From: an uncultured Bacilli bacterium
Lineage (GTDB): Bacteria > Bacillota_I > Bacilli_A > RF39 > UBA660
DNA: 56,667 nucleotides
Direction of reading: 5' to 3'
NCBI GenBank assembly: GCA_947623625.1
Contig: CANQHD010000001.1
Span: 1-56,667, forward strand
Shown: positions 1 to 8,775 of the stretch, piece after piece
Position numbering within the stretch: the stretch's first letter is position 1
Layout of the letters: each line of letters starts with the position of its first letter
Program-made: the position numbers and the translations under genes
The notes under the pieces: generated by a model
Told to the model about the DNA's origin: nothing
The model's database searches: none
Seen by the model: only the letters and a program-made list of their open reading frames with translations

Positions 1-1
1 T

Positions 2-628
2 GCAATGAAGAATAGTGAATGGGGAGCAGTAGCATATCTCACGCAAAGTAAATATGGAAAATATGGAAATAGTGCTTATGAAGGAGCAAATAAAGAAATT
101 TATATTAATAATTATTATGGCAATGATAGTGAGAGATATAAAACAGGATGTTCCGGAGGCGCTCCAGGTTTATCACCATCAGCAAACTGTATACCATATA
201 ATAACTTAGAAAGTGCCGGAGAAGGAATGGGACAAAAAGGACCGGGAGCCTCAACGACAGGAAATATATATGGAGTGTACGATATGGCAGGAGGCTCCTG
301 GGAATACGTGATGGGAAATTATAGTCATACATTAGGTTCATCAGAATTTGCAGAAGGTTGGTATACACAATATAAAGACTATATAAATTTTTATACAAGC
401 ACAACAACAAGCAGTGCATGCAGTGGAGCGGCTTGTAAAGGACATGCGTTAAGTGAAACGTTAGGTTGGTACGATGATGGTAATGGCATGGTTACTTCGT
501 CCAGTCCGTGGATGCTCCGTGTTGGTGTCTATAACGGTGCAGTGTACACAGGCGTTTTCAGCTTTGGAAACGGCACTGGTGGTGCGGGCTCCAATGACTC
601 GTTCCGGGTGGTGCTAGCACTCAAGTAA
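2..628 (+). CDS. FGE/SUMF1-like (formylglycine-generating-enzyme fold) domain protein, C-terminal part; 5' end outside the window
   Basis: Frame is open to the window edge. YGVYDMAGGSWEYVMGNY and terminal SFRVVLA resemble the G.YDM.GNVWEW and GFR.. motifs of FGE-sulfatase domains. Confidence 0.5.
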   Translation, partial: AMKNSEWGAVAYLTQSKYGKYGNSAYEGANKEIYINNYYGNDSERYKTGCSGGAPGLSPSANCIPYNNLESAGEGMGQKGPGASTTGNIYGVYDMAGGSWEYVMGNYSHTLGSSEFAEGWYTQYKDYINFYTSTTTSSACSGAACKGHALSETLGWYDDGNGMVTSSSPWMLRVGVYNGAVYTGVFSFGNGTGGAGSNDSFRVVLALK

Positions 629-748
629 TGCAGCATGATGTATTCTAAAGTTCTTCTTTTTAACAACTGTCAAAAAGTGCGAGCGATGAAAAAACGTTCT
701 TTTCTAAATGATGAGAATAGTCTATAATAAAATTATAGGAGGAAATTT

Positions 749-1453
749 ATGAATATTGTAGATGTTATCATTATATTATTTATTTTATTAATGGGACTTA
801 CAGGACTTAAAAGAGGTTTTTTCAAAGAACTTGTGATGATTTTTGGAACAATTCTTGCTCTTGTGCTTTCTTTTAAACTTAAAGATCCGCTTGCAAACTT
901 TTTTTGCATTAATTTGCCTTTTTTTGATTTTAAAGGAGTTTTACAAGGAGCACCAAGTTTAAGTATTGTTTTTTATCAGTTAATTGCCTTTTTAATTATT
1001 GCAGCTATAGTATTTGGAATTTTGCGAATTATTATTAGTGTGACAGGCATTTTTGAAAAGATTTTAAGCCTAACCATTGTTTTAGGTATTCCAAGTAAAA
1101 TCTTAGGATTTCTTGTAGGAATAGTAGAGGGAGTTGTTATTACATTCTTTGCTCTTATCGTCTTATCCATTCCACTTCATAGCGTTGATATTTTTATGGA
1201 ATCTAACATTCGTTCTCAATTTGTAACAGGAATGCCACTTTTAAAAGATTCTGTTGGTGGTATTAATCAAGCGGTGGAAGATATTTATCAACTGACACAA
1301 AATAAATCAGATGAGCAAAGATTTGATTATGATGTAATGGAGATTTTACTCAAATATAAAGTTGTAAAACCATCTCTTGCTACTAAACTTGTTGAAAAAG
1401 AAAAAATTAGTAGTATTGAAGGTATTCAAGAATTAATCGCTCGATATGAATAG
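749..1453 (+). CDS. CvpA family membrane protein
   Basis: N-terminus IVDVIIILFILLMGLTGLKRGFFKE plus several hydrophobic helices are typical of the CvpA/colicin V production family. RBS AGGAGG lies upstream of the ATG. Confidence 0.75.
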   Translation: MNIVDVIIILFILLMGLTGLKRGFFKELVMIFGTILALVLSFKLKDPLANFFCINLPFFDFKGVLQGAPSLSIVFYQLIAFLIIAAIVFGILRIIISVTGIFEKILSLTIVLGIPSKILGFLVGIVEGVVITFFALIVLSIPLHSVDIFMESNIRSQFVTGMPLLKDSVGGINQAVEDIYQLTQNKSDEQRFDYDVMEILLKYKVVKPSLATKLVEKEKISSIEGIQELIARYE

Positions 1454-1464
1454 GAGATGAAAAA

Positions 1465-1764
1465 ATGATATATTTAAAAGATGAAGATTTTAATGACTTA
1501 ATAAAGGAAGGAGTTGTTCTTGTTGACTTTTTTGCAACATGGTGTGGTCCTTGCCAGATGTTAAGCCCTATATTAGAAGAGATTCAAGAAGAAAGAAGCA
1601 ATATAAAAATTGTTAAAGTTGATATTGATGAGCATGAAGACTTAGCACAATCATTTGGCATTATGTCAGTACCAACACTTAGACTTTATAAAGATGGAGA
1701 ACTTGTAAAAACTCAAGTTGGATTTGTTCCAAAAGACGCGATTGAAAGCTTTATTTTCGAGTAG
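1465..1764 (+). CDS. trxA: thioredoxin
   Basis: 99 aa with WCGPC active site and VPTL motif. It starts 11 nt after the cvpA-like gene. Confidence 0.9.
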   Translation: MIYLKDEDFNDLIKEGVVLVDFFATWCGPCQMLSPILEEIQEERSNIKIVKVDIDEHEDLAQSFGIMSVPTLRLYKDGELVKTQVGFVPKDAIESFIFE

Positions 1765-1765
1765 C

Positions 1766-1789
1766 AAAAGGCACAAAATGTGCTTTTTT
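1766..1789 (+). terminator. rho-independent terminator after trxA
   Basis: Stem GCACA(1771-1775)/TGTGC(1779-1783), extended by A:T pairs and followed by a T-run at 1784-1789. Confidence 0.6.
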
Positions 1790-1881
1790 CCATTTTTATG
1801 CAACCAAAAGTTTACAAAAAACAACTAAAAATTGGTAGGATGCAACTCATATTTAAAGTATGATTGTTTTGAGGTGAAAAA

Positions 1882-3246
1882 ATGAAATTTAGTGAAAACT
1901 TACAAAGACTTCGTAAAGAAAAAGGTCTTAACCAAGAAGAACTTGCAGAGAAGTTAGATGTAACTAGGCAGTCTGTTAGTAAGTGGGAAAGTGGTGCAAG
2001 TTATCCTGAGATGGATAAATTGATTACTCTTTGTAAAATATTTGATTGTGATTTAGATTCTCTTGTTAGTGGTGATGGAAAGAAAAAAGATATCGAAGAA
2101 CGTGAAGCTTTTGCTTCTAGCTTTTTCAACAAGTTTGATGGTTTAATGAAAAAGATTGTTTTATTTTTTGACAATATGTCTCTACAAGATATTTTTAAAT
2201 TTTTAATAGAAATTGGAATGATTCTTATCTTTCTTTGGATTTTAAAAATTCCGTTTTTACTGATAAAACATCTTATTAATAGTTACACACATCCTTATGC
2301 TTTTCTCCAATTCTTTCAAAAAATTGCTTTATTTTTAGTTGAATTTATTTATGTTGTTTTGTCTATTACCTTTTTTCTTTATGCCATAAAAATTAAATAC
2401 TTAGATAAAATCGATGAACAGATGTTGGTAAAAGAAGTGAAACAAAAAGAAAAAGAGGGAAATAGTCAACCAGAGAAAAAAGAAGAAAGTACAGTAAAAT
2501 ATCAAAAGATATATATTCAAAAAACAAGTAAAAGCATCTCGGATATTTTGTTTTCTTCTTTCATGCTTATCTTAAAATTTTTTGCAGGAATTTTTTTACT
2601 CTCCTTTATTATTGCGACATTTGTAGTTGTAATATTTCTTGGCTTTTCAATTAGCTTTACAATAGAGGGCTTGCCATTTTTAGGTATTAGTTTTGCTTTT
2701 ATTGGTGCTATTTTATTTCTTCTTTGTTTTATAGATCCTTTGCTTCAGTTTCTATTTAATCAGAAAAGTAGTGTTAAAAAAGTTTTTGGAACCTTAATTA
2801 GTTCCATTGTCCTTTTGACAATAGGAATGACAATTTTTGCTTATGATTTTTCTCAAATTACATATATTGATAGTCCTTCTCCTCAGATAAAAGAAACAGA
2901 AAAAACGACTATCTTATCTTTTAAAGAAAATATAAATACCTGTAGTCTTCCATATGAAAAAGTCTCTTTTCAAGAAAATCAATCTTTAACAGATACTCTT
3001 CGGATTACATATACTTATTATGAACCATTTCATGTTCAGGTAAATGAAACTTTAAATGGTAGTCTTTATCTGGATTATAATTATCAAAACTTTAGTCTTT
3101 CAAAGGTTTTTCAAATTGTTCGAAAAGATCTAAAGGAAAGAAAACTCTATAATTATGATTTATCTTTCTTCGTTAGTGTGAATATTGAAGGAAGTCCGGA
3201 AGCTCTTTTAAAAATTCAAGAAAATAATCAAAAGTGTTATTCATAA
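1882..3246 (+). CDS. XRE-family HTH domain protein with multi-pass membrane region and extracytoplasmic C-terminal domain
   Basis: N-terminus LRKEKGLNQEELAEKLDVTRQSVSKWESG is a classic Cro/C1 HTH, followed by several hydrophobic segments. RBS GAGGTGA. Confidence 0.7.
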   Translation: MKFSENLQRLRKEKGLNQEELAEKLDVTRQSVSKWESGASYPEMDKLITLCKIFDCDLDSLVSGDGKKKDIEEREAFASSFFNKFDGLMKKIVLFFDNMSLQDIFKFLIEIGMILIFLWILKIPFLLIKHLINSYTHPYAFLQFFQKIALFLVEFIYVVLSITFFLYAIKIKYLDKIDEQMLVKEVKQKEKEGNSQPEKKEESTVKYQKIYIQKTSKSISDILFSSFMLILKFFAGIFLLSFIIATFVVVIFLGFSISFTIEGLPFLGISFAFIGAILFLLCFIDPLLQFLFNQKSSVKKVFGTLISSIVLLTIGMTIFAYDFSQITYIDSPSPQIKETEKTTILSFKENINTCSLPYEKVSFQENQSLTDTLRITYTYYEPFHVQVNETLNGSLYLDYNYQNFSLSKVFQIVRKDLKERKLYNYDLSFFVSVNIEGSPEALLKIQENNQKCYS

Positions 3247-3800
3247 AAATCTTTACTAATCGATAGAACTTGGAAATTTTTTACAAGTTCTTGTTTTTTC
3301 TCTGAACGAACAAGGGCAGTGACTGTGACTTGTTCATGAAAGTCTAAATTTAAGATAGTCTCATCTTGCAAGAGATATTTAAGTTTATCTAGTTTTTCAT
3401 AAGGAAGTTTTACAACAATACGATATTTTTCATGGAAAGGGATGAGTGTTGCTTTTTGGATGACTTCTTCTGCAGTTTTCTGATATGCCCTTATAAGACC
3501 ACCGACTCCTAGTTTTATTCCACCAAAATAGCGAACAACAACAAGAAGCGTGTTTTCTAATTTGTATTTTTTAATCATTTGTAAAATAGGAATACCTGCA
3601 GTTTTTGCTGGTTCTTTGTCATCATGAACACCTTCTTCTTGCTGATAGGAGAAAGCATAGCAATAGTGTGTTGCTTTTTTATACTGCATTTTAATTTTTT
3701 CTAACTGTTCTTTTAAATTTCCATTAAAGGGAATTAAAATTCCAATAAATTTGGATTTTTGAATCACTAATTCAACGACTGTCTCTTGATTGGGATGCAT
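3237..3800 (-). CDS. YigZ/IMPACT (UPF0029) family protein
   Basis: KSKFIG..., HYCYAF, DDKEPAKTAGIPIL and GGIKLGVGGLIRAY motifs are typical of the YigZ family. Confidence 0.8.
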   Translation of the reverse strand: MHPNQETVVELVIQKSKFIGILIPFNGNLKEQLEKIKMQYKKATHYCYAFSYQQEEGVHDDKEPAKTAGIPILQMIKKYKLENTLLVVVRYFGGIKLGVGGLIRAYQKTAEEVIQKATLIPFHEKYRIVVKLPYEKLDKLKYLLQDETILNLDFHEQVTVTALVRSEKKQELVKNFQVLSISKDFYE

Positions 3801-3876
3801 GATAAATCACCAAAGTTAGTATAGCAAAAACTCTGATAAAAGGGAAGTTTCTCCACATACTAAAAAGGGTGATAAT

Positions 3877-4971
3877 GTGGAAGAAGCTCTTTTTAAAACA
3901 ATAAATAAATTACTAAAAATGATTCGCCTTTTTATAGGATTTCTTCTTATCTTTCTAATCTGCATGTTTGTAAAGAAATTTTCGGTCTTAAAAATTTTTA
4001 CTCAAATTTTTGTTGCTTTTTTACCACTTATCTTAGGTTTTTTCATTGCTTATTTACTTGAACCAACTGTCAAAAAGCTTGAGAAAAAATTACCTAAATT
4101 TATAGCGATTACTCTTCCATTTCTTCTTTTTTTTATCAGTTTTTTTCTCTTTCTTCTTTTTATTGTACCACCTGTATTAAAAGAGGGCAGTCAACTTTTT
4201 CACAAAATTCCTCTCGTACTTAAAAAAAGTAAAAAATTTTTAAGTAAGCAACCCATTTTTAAGAAAAATACATTTCTAAAAACAGAAATTTTTAAATTGT
4301 TCGATGAAATTCCTAAAGAGGGTTCTAAATTCTTGAGAAAGTCTTTCCCGTTAATTTGTCATTCTTGTCTTGATTGTTTAATTACATTTTTCTTTTCTAT
4401 ATTGCTGGCGATTTATTTATTAGTTGATTTTAAAAAGATAAAAAAGAGCTTATTTAAAATGATACCAATTGGTTATCAAAGTGATGTAAAATCTCTTTTT
4501 TATAAATTAAGAAAATCTTTGCTTCATTATTTTAAAGGCGTACTACTTGTTATGTTTTTTGTTTTTATAACACAAGCAATTGGTTTTTCTTTATCAGGAG
4601 TTAAAAGTCCACTGTTTTTTGCCATATTGTGTGCCATTACAGATTTTATTCCTTTTATTGGTCCATATATTGGAGGTATTCCAGCCATTATTGTGGCTTC
4701 TAGTATGAGTAATCAAGTTGGATTTTTAACACTTCTTTCTATTGTTCTTGTTCAAATTTTGGAAAATACATTTTATCAGCCATATATCTTAGGAAAAACA
4801 CTGATTTTGCCTTCTTGGCTGATTTTGATTTCTATCTCAGTACTCAGTACTTTCTTTGGCTTTTTAGGACTTGTTCTTGCCACACCTATTCTTGTTGTCT
4901 TAAAAGTTCTTTTACCTTATTTAAAAAAGTGGTATCCAAAAAAGAGTGTCAACTCTTGTCCAAACACTTAA
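3877..4971 (+). CDS. AI-2E family transporter (PerM/UPF0118)
   Basis: About 8 hydrophobic helices. FIPFIGPYIGGIPA and the C-terminal LGLVLATPI motifs are typical of the AI-2E family. GTG start after AGGGTGA; start uncertain. Confidence 0.7.
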   Translation: MEEALFKTINKLLKMIRLFIGFLLIFLICMFVKKFSVLKIFTQIFVAFLPLILGFFIAYLLEPTVKKLEKKLPKFIAITLPFLLFFISFFLFLLFIVPPVLKEGSQLFHKIPLVLKKSKKFLSKQPIFKKNTFLKTEIFKLFDEIPKEGSKFLRKSFPLICHSCLDCLITFFFSILLAIYLLVDFKKIKKSLFKMIPIGYQSDVKSLFYKLRKSLLHYFKGVLLVMFFVFITQAIGFSLSGVKSPLFFAILCAITDFIPFIGPYIGGIPAIIVASSMSNQVGFLTLLSIVLVQILENTFYQPYILGKTLILPSWLILISISVLSTFFGFLGLVLATPILVVLKVLLPYLKKWYPKKSVNSCPNT

Positions 4972-5024
4972 ATTGAAGCCTTAAAAATGAGAATAATTGT
5001 TATAATAACAATTGAGGTGAAAGC

Positions 5025-5762
5025 ATGGAAAATAACCAAAAAACTTCAAAAGGAATCTATGGAGTGATTGTATTATTAGTTATCATTATTCTTGGAATGG
5101 GTGTATATCTTCTTTATGATAAAGAAATTATTTTTACTAAAAATAAGGATAAAGAGGAAAGTAGAGAAGAACAAGCTTCTTCTAAAACAGATGAAGATAA
5201 AACGGAAAGCGATCAAAATCAAAGTAAGAATTCTTTGAAAGTCTTAAGTGGAAGTTATGCGGATAGTGCTACAACTGTGATTGTACACCATGGAGATGTT
5301 TATGTAAGCTTTGAGCCATGTCCTGTTAATTTTGGGACTTATAATGGCATGTATAATGACTATTGCACATCTTTAAATAACCTTATCAATTCTTATCAAG
5401 AATATTCTTTTGATGGTCTTGAATATGAGGCTGTTAATGTTAGTCAAAGTTATCGATATAGTCGCTCGCTAAACTCTCATTTCTTAGGATTAAAGATAAA
5501 CATTTCGAATGTAAAAAGTGTCTACTCTGTAATGCAAGGACAATCACTCATCCCAAGTAAACAAGGTTTAGCACTCTTAAAAGAGGATGGGACTTTATCT
5601 GTTATTTCTTTCCAAAATATCGTTTCTAATCAATTGAGTCCAGCATCTACCAACTTATCAAATATTACCGAGGTTAGAAATGAAAATGGTGCGGGCGCTA
5701 TCAGTACAGTTGCAATTGACTCTTCTGGAAATACCCATAATTTATCTGAATATTTTCAATAA
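5025..5762 (+). CDS. hypothetical membrane-anchored protein (single N-terminal TM, acidic linker, extracytoplasmic domain)
   Basis: Long ORF with RBS GAGGTGA and TM IYGVIVLLVIIILGMGVYLLY. I recognise no family. Confidence 0.5.
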   Translation: MENNQKTSKGIYGVIVLLVIIILGMGVYLLYDKEIIFTKNKDKEESREEQASSKTDEDKTESDQNQSKNSLKVLSGSYADSATTVIVHHGDVYVSFEPCPVNFGTYNGMYNDYCTSLNNLINSYQEYSFDGLEYEAVNVSQSYRYSRSLNSHFLGLKINISNVKSVYSVMQGQSLIPSKQGLALLKEDGTLSVISFQNIVSNQLSPASTNLSNITEVRNENGAGAISTVAIDSSGNTHNLSEYFQ

Positions 5763-5789
5763 AAAGGCGAAAATAGTTCTGTTCATCTC

Positions 5790-5818
5790 TTGAAAAATAC
5801 AATAATTTTATGTATAAT
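5790..5818 (+). promoter_or_regulatory. sigma-A type promoter of the hisS-aspS leader
   Basis: TTGAAA (5790-5795), 17-nt spacer, TATAAT (5813-5818), TG immediately upstream of the -10. Confidence 0.6.
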
Positions 5819-5824
5819 AACACT

Positions 5825-6008
5825 AACTTCTTGAGGAAAAACTAGAAAAAATAAATTAAAAAGAGACTCTATGGTTGGTGAAAATAGAGGGTTTATTTTT
5901 CGAAAGACACCCTATAAAAACAAGAGGCGTAATTCTTGCGTTAAAAGACTTTAAGAAATAACTAAGGTGGCACCACGGGGAAACTCGTCCTTTCAATGGT
6001 GCTTTTTT
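5825..6008 (+). promoter_or_regulatory. T-box leader (tRNA-sensing transcription attenuator) for hisS-aspS
   Basis: AGAGA bulge 5862-5866. Distal helix CTCTAT/ATAGAG with GGTTGGTGAAA loop. T-box sequence AAGGTGGCACCACGG at 5964-5978. Terminator GCACCA(5970-5975)/TGGTGC(5997-6002) plus T6 at 6003-6008. Confidence 0.8.
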
Positions 6009-6029
6009 GTTCTATTAAGGAGGAGAAGT

Positions 6030-7346
6030 ATGATTACAAAACCAAAGGGATGCTATGATATTTATGGAAAAGAAGGAAAATATTTTCAAAAAATCAATGA
6101 AGTTGTTGATATGCTTGCATTAGTCTATCATTATCAGTATATTCGAACACCTATTTTTGAATCCAGTGAACTTTTTCATAGAGGTATGGGAGAGACTTCT
6201 GATGTTGTAAAAAAGGAAATGTATGATTTTAAGGATAAAGGTGATCGAAATCTTACCTTACGCCCAGAAGGAACAGCTGGAGTTGTTCGTGCATACATCG
6301 AAAACAAAATGTATGGAGATGCAGTGCAACCCGTTAAATTTTATTATAATGGTACAATGTACCGCTATGAAAGACCACAATTAGGAAGAGATAGAGAGCT
6401 GACACAATTTGGGCTTGAGATTTTAGGAACAAATGATCCCATCTCCGATGCAGAAATAATTTCATTTGGGTACCAAGTTTATCAAATATTAGGACTCAAA
6501 AATGTCAAAGTTCAACTGAATTCATTAGGGGATAAAGAATCAAGATTAAAATATCGTGAAGAATTGATTCACTATTTAAAGCCTCATATTGGACAATTTT
6601 GTGAAGACTGCCAAGAAAGACTTAAAGAAAATCCACTTCGTATATTAGATTGCAAAGTAGATAAGGACAATCCAATTTTAAAACAAGTTCCAAAGACACT
6701 AGATTATTTAAACGAAGAAAGCAAAAAGCACTTTGAAAGCGTAAAAGAATATCTTGATTTATTAAGCATTCCATATGAAGTCGATCCAACTATTGTTAGA
6801 GGATTAGATTATTATAGTCACACGGTGTTTGAATTTACTTGTGAAATCGATGGAAAAAGCTTAGCAATTGGTGGTGGAGGAAGATATAATGGTCTTGTTG
6901 AATTATTAGGTGGACCCTCTACACCATGCATAGGTTTTGCCTCCGGTGTTGATCGAGTAGCTCTTGCTATGCAACAGGAAGGTATTTCATTAGAGGATGA
7001 TAGGATAGATGCGTTTCTTTTGTATGTAAATGATGAAGAAAAAAAATATGCTGTCTATCTTGCTCAAGAATTAAGACTTGCAGGATTTAGAGTTGAAACA
7101 GAATACTTAGGAAGAAGTTTAAAAGCACAGTTTAAACAAGCCGATCGATTTAGAGCATCGTTTCTCATTATTTTAAATAGTGAAGAGTTAGATAACAATG
7201 AAGTCAAAGTAAAGAATAACCATACCAAAGAAGAAGAGATGGTATCTATTAATATGTTGATTTATTATTTAGATGAGCAGCTTTCACTCCTTCAAGAAGA
7301 ATGCGGATGTGATTGTTGCCATGATAAGGGAGAGGAAAACGAATGA
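6030..7346 (+). CDS. hisS: histidine--tRNA ligase
   Basis: Class II HisRS motifs (LRPEGTAGVVRAY, YRYERPQ.GR.REL.QFG, GGGGRYNGL). ATG at 6030 follows AAGGAGGAG. The upstream GTG of the ORF track lies inside the T-box terminator. Confidence 0.9.
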   Translation: MITKPKGCYDIYGKEGKYFQKINEVVDMLALVYHYQYIRTPIFESSELFHRGMGETSDVVKKEMYDFKDKGDRNLTLRPEGTAGVVRAYIENKMYGDAVQPVKFYYNGTMYRYERPQLGRDRELTQFGLEILGTNDPISDAEIISFGYQVYQILGLKNVKVQLNSLGDKESRLKYREELIHYLKPHIGQFCEDCQERLKENPLRILDCKVDKDNPILKQVPKTLDYLNEESKKHFESVKEYLDLLSIPYEVDPTIVRGLDYYSHTVFEFTCEIDGKSLAIGGGGRYNGLVELLGGPSTPCIGFASGVDRVALAMQQEGISLEDDRIDAFLLYVNDEEKKYAVYLAQELRLAGFRVETEYLGRSLKAQFKQADRFRASFLIILNSEELDNNEVKVKNNHTKEEEMVSINMLIYYLDEQLSLLQEECGCDCCHDKGEENE

Positions 7347-8653
7347 GAATTACATTAAAAGAGGCAGAAAATCATAAAGGAGAACAACTTACATTACAAG
7401 GATTTGTTGATAATATTAGAGATTTACAATATGTACAATTTGTTATTTTGAAAGATGAGACAGGAAAGCTTCAAATGACAGTTGAAAAAAATGAAGAGAA
7501 TAAGCAACTGGTGCAAATTATTTCCAATTTATCTTTAGAAAGTACTGTCAAAGTAGAAGGAAAACTTCTAGATAGTCCAAAAGTTAAATTAAGAGCTATG
7601 GAGTTTATTCCAACTCAAATTGAGATAACGTCTCAAGCACCTATGGAACTGCCAATTGATATAAAAAATAAAGATGCAGCACTTAGAGAGACAAGACTGG
7701 ATTATCGTTTATTAGATTTAAGAAGAGAAGAAAACAATCTTTTCTTTAGAGCTCAGACTCTTCTTTTAAATGCAATGCGTAATTATTGGTATCAAAATGG
7801 TTTTATTGAGATAAATAGTCCTAAAATATGTGCTCAAGCAGCTGAAAGTGGGGCTGAAGTGTTTCATTTAGATTATTTTGGAACACCAGCATGTCTTTCA
7901 CAATCCCCACAGTTTTATAAACAAATGGCTATGGCTGCAAATTTTGGAAAAGTTTTTGAAATAGGTCCAGCATTTAGAGCAGAGAATTCTCATACATCTT
8001 ACCATGCTACAGAAATTCAAATGGTGGATGCTGAAATATCATGGATTACATCTTGTAGTGATGTTATGGATATGGAAGAAGAGTGGCTTCGATATGCTTT
8101 TCGCGAGTTAAAAGAAAAAATGGGAGAAGAAATTAAAGAGAAAATGGGAATTGAAATCACTGATGCAACAGCCCCATTTCCACGTATTCCTTTAGAAGAA
8201 GCAAAGAAAATTATTCAAGAAAAGTATCATTTTGAAAGTGATAGAAAAGATGATTTGGAAAGACAAGAAGAGGCACTTATTTGTAAATATGTGAAAGAAA
8301 AATACAATAGTGACTTTGTTTTTATTACGAAATGGCCTTTTTCTGCACGACCTTTTTATCATATGAAAGATAAAGATGGATATAGTGATAGTTATGATTT
8401 ACTTTATAAAGGATTAGAAATCACAACAGGAGCTCAAAGAGAACATAGAAAAGATGTGTTAGAAGCACAAATTAAGGAAAAAGGACTTGATCCGAAAGAT
8501 TTTGAATTCTATTTAGATTTCTTTAAGTATGGTTGTCCTCCACATGGTGGGTTTGGATTTGGTCTTGCGAGAGTTATGATGCAAATATTTGAAATTGATA
8601 ATATTCGTGAAGCAACTTATATTTATCGTGGACCAACAAGATTGAATCCATAA
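7343..8653 (+). CDS. aspS: aspartate--tRNA ligase, archaeal/type-2 form (436 aa, no GAD insertion)
   Basis: QSPQFYKQ, GPAFRAENSHTSYHATE and C-terminal GFGFGLARV...RGPTRLNP class IIb motifs. ATGA overlap with hisS. Confidence 0.8.
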   Translation: MRITLKEAENHKGEQLTLQGFVDNIRDLQYVQFVILKDETGKLQMTVEKNEENKQLVQIISNLSLESTVKVEGKLLDSPKVKLRAMEFIPTQIEITSQAPMELPIDIKNKDAALRETRLDYRLLDLRREENNLFFRAQTLLLNAMRNYWYQNGFIEINSPKICAQAAESGAEVFHLDYFGTPACLSQSPQFYKQMAMAANFGKVFEIGPAFRAENSHTSYHATEIQMVDAEISWITSCSDVMDMEEEWLRYAFRELKEKMGEEIKEKMGIEITDATAPFPRIPLEEAKKIIQEKYHFESDRKDDLERQEEALICKYVKEKYNSDFVFITKWPFSARPFYHMKDKDGYSDSYDLLYKGLEITTGAQREHRKDVLEAQIKEKGLDPKDFEFYLDFFKYGCPPHGGFGFGLARVMMQIFEIDNIREATYIYRGPTRLNP

Positions 8654-8659
8654 GAGCCT

Positions 8660-8689
8660 AGAACTTTAAAAAACATAAAGTTCTTTTTT
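8660..8689 (+). terminator. rho-independent terminator after aspS
   Basis: 9-bp stem AGAACTTTA(8660-8668)/TAAAGTTCT(8676-8684), 7-nt loop, T-run 8685-8689. Confidence 0.7.
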
Positions 8690-8775
8690 CTTCTAAAGAA
8701 AAGAAAAAAGATGTGTAAATCCCTGTAAAAATACCTTTCATTTTAGTATAATAACAATAGAAAGAAGAGTGGAAT

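Noticed and set aside
105-419. Antisense or shadow ORFs of 60-104 aa inside well supported genes. This one, plus 976-1170, 8658-8861, 9455-9679, 10332-10526, 11224-11436, 14534-14725, 15809-16030, 16195-16392, 17248-17436, 19177-19362, 21798-22314, 30602-30849, 34279-34500, 37598-37855, 38152-38367, 41188-41406, 42354-42548, 46754-47032, 48317-48511, 48719-49003, 49283-49790, 52085-52291 and 55970-56230
   Set aside because: Each lies within or antisense to a longer ORF with recognisable family motifs. Each lacks an RBS and has the leucine/isoleucine/lysine/phenylalanine-rich composition expected of non-coding frames in AT-rich DNA.
5967-6029. GTG-initiated N-terminal extension of hisS given by the ORF track (MAPRGNSSFQWCFFVLLRRRS...)
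   Set aside because: The extension lies inside the T-box antiterminator/terminator and its T-run. The ATG at 6030 has a strong AAGGAGGAG RBS and gives the normal HisRS N-terminus.
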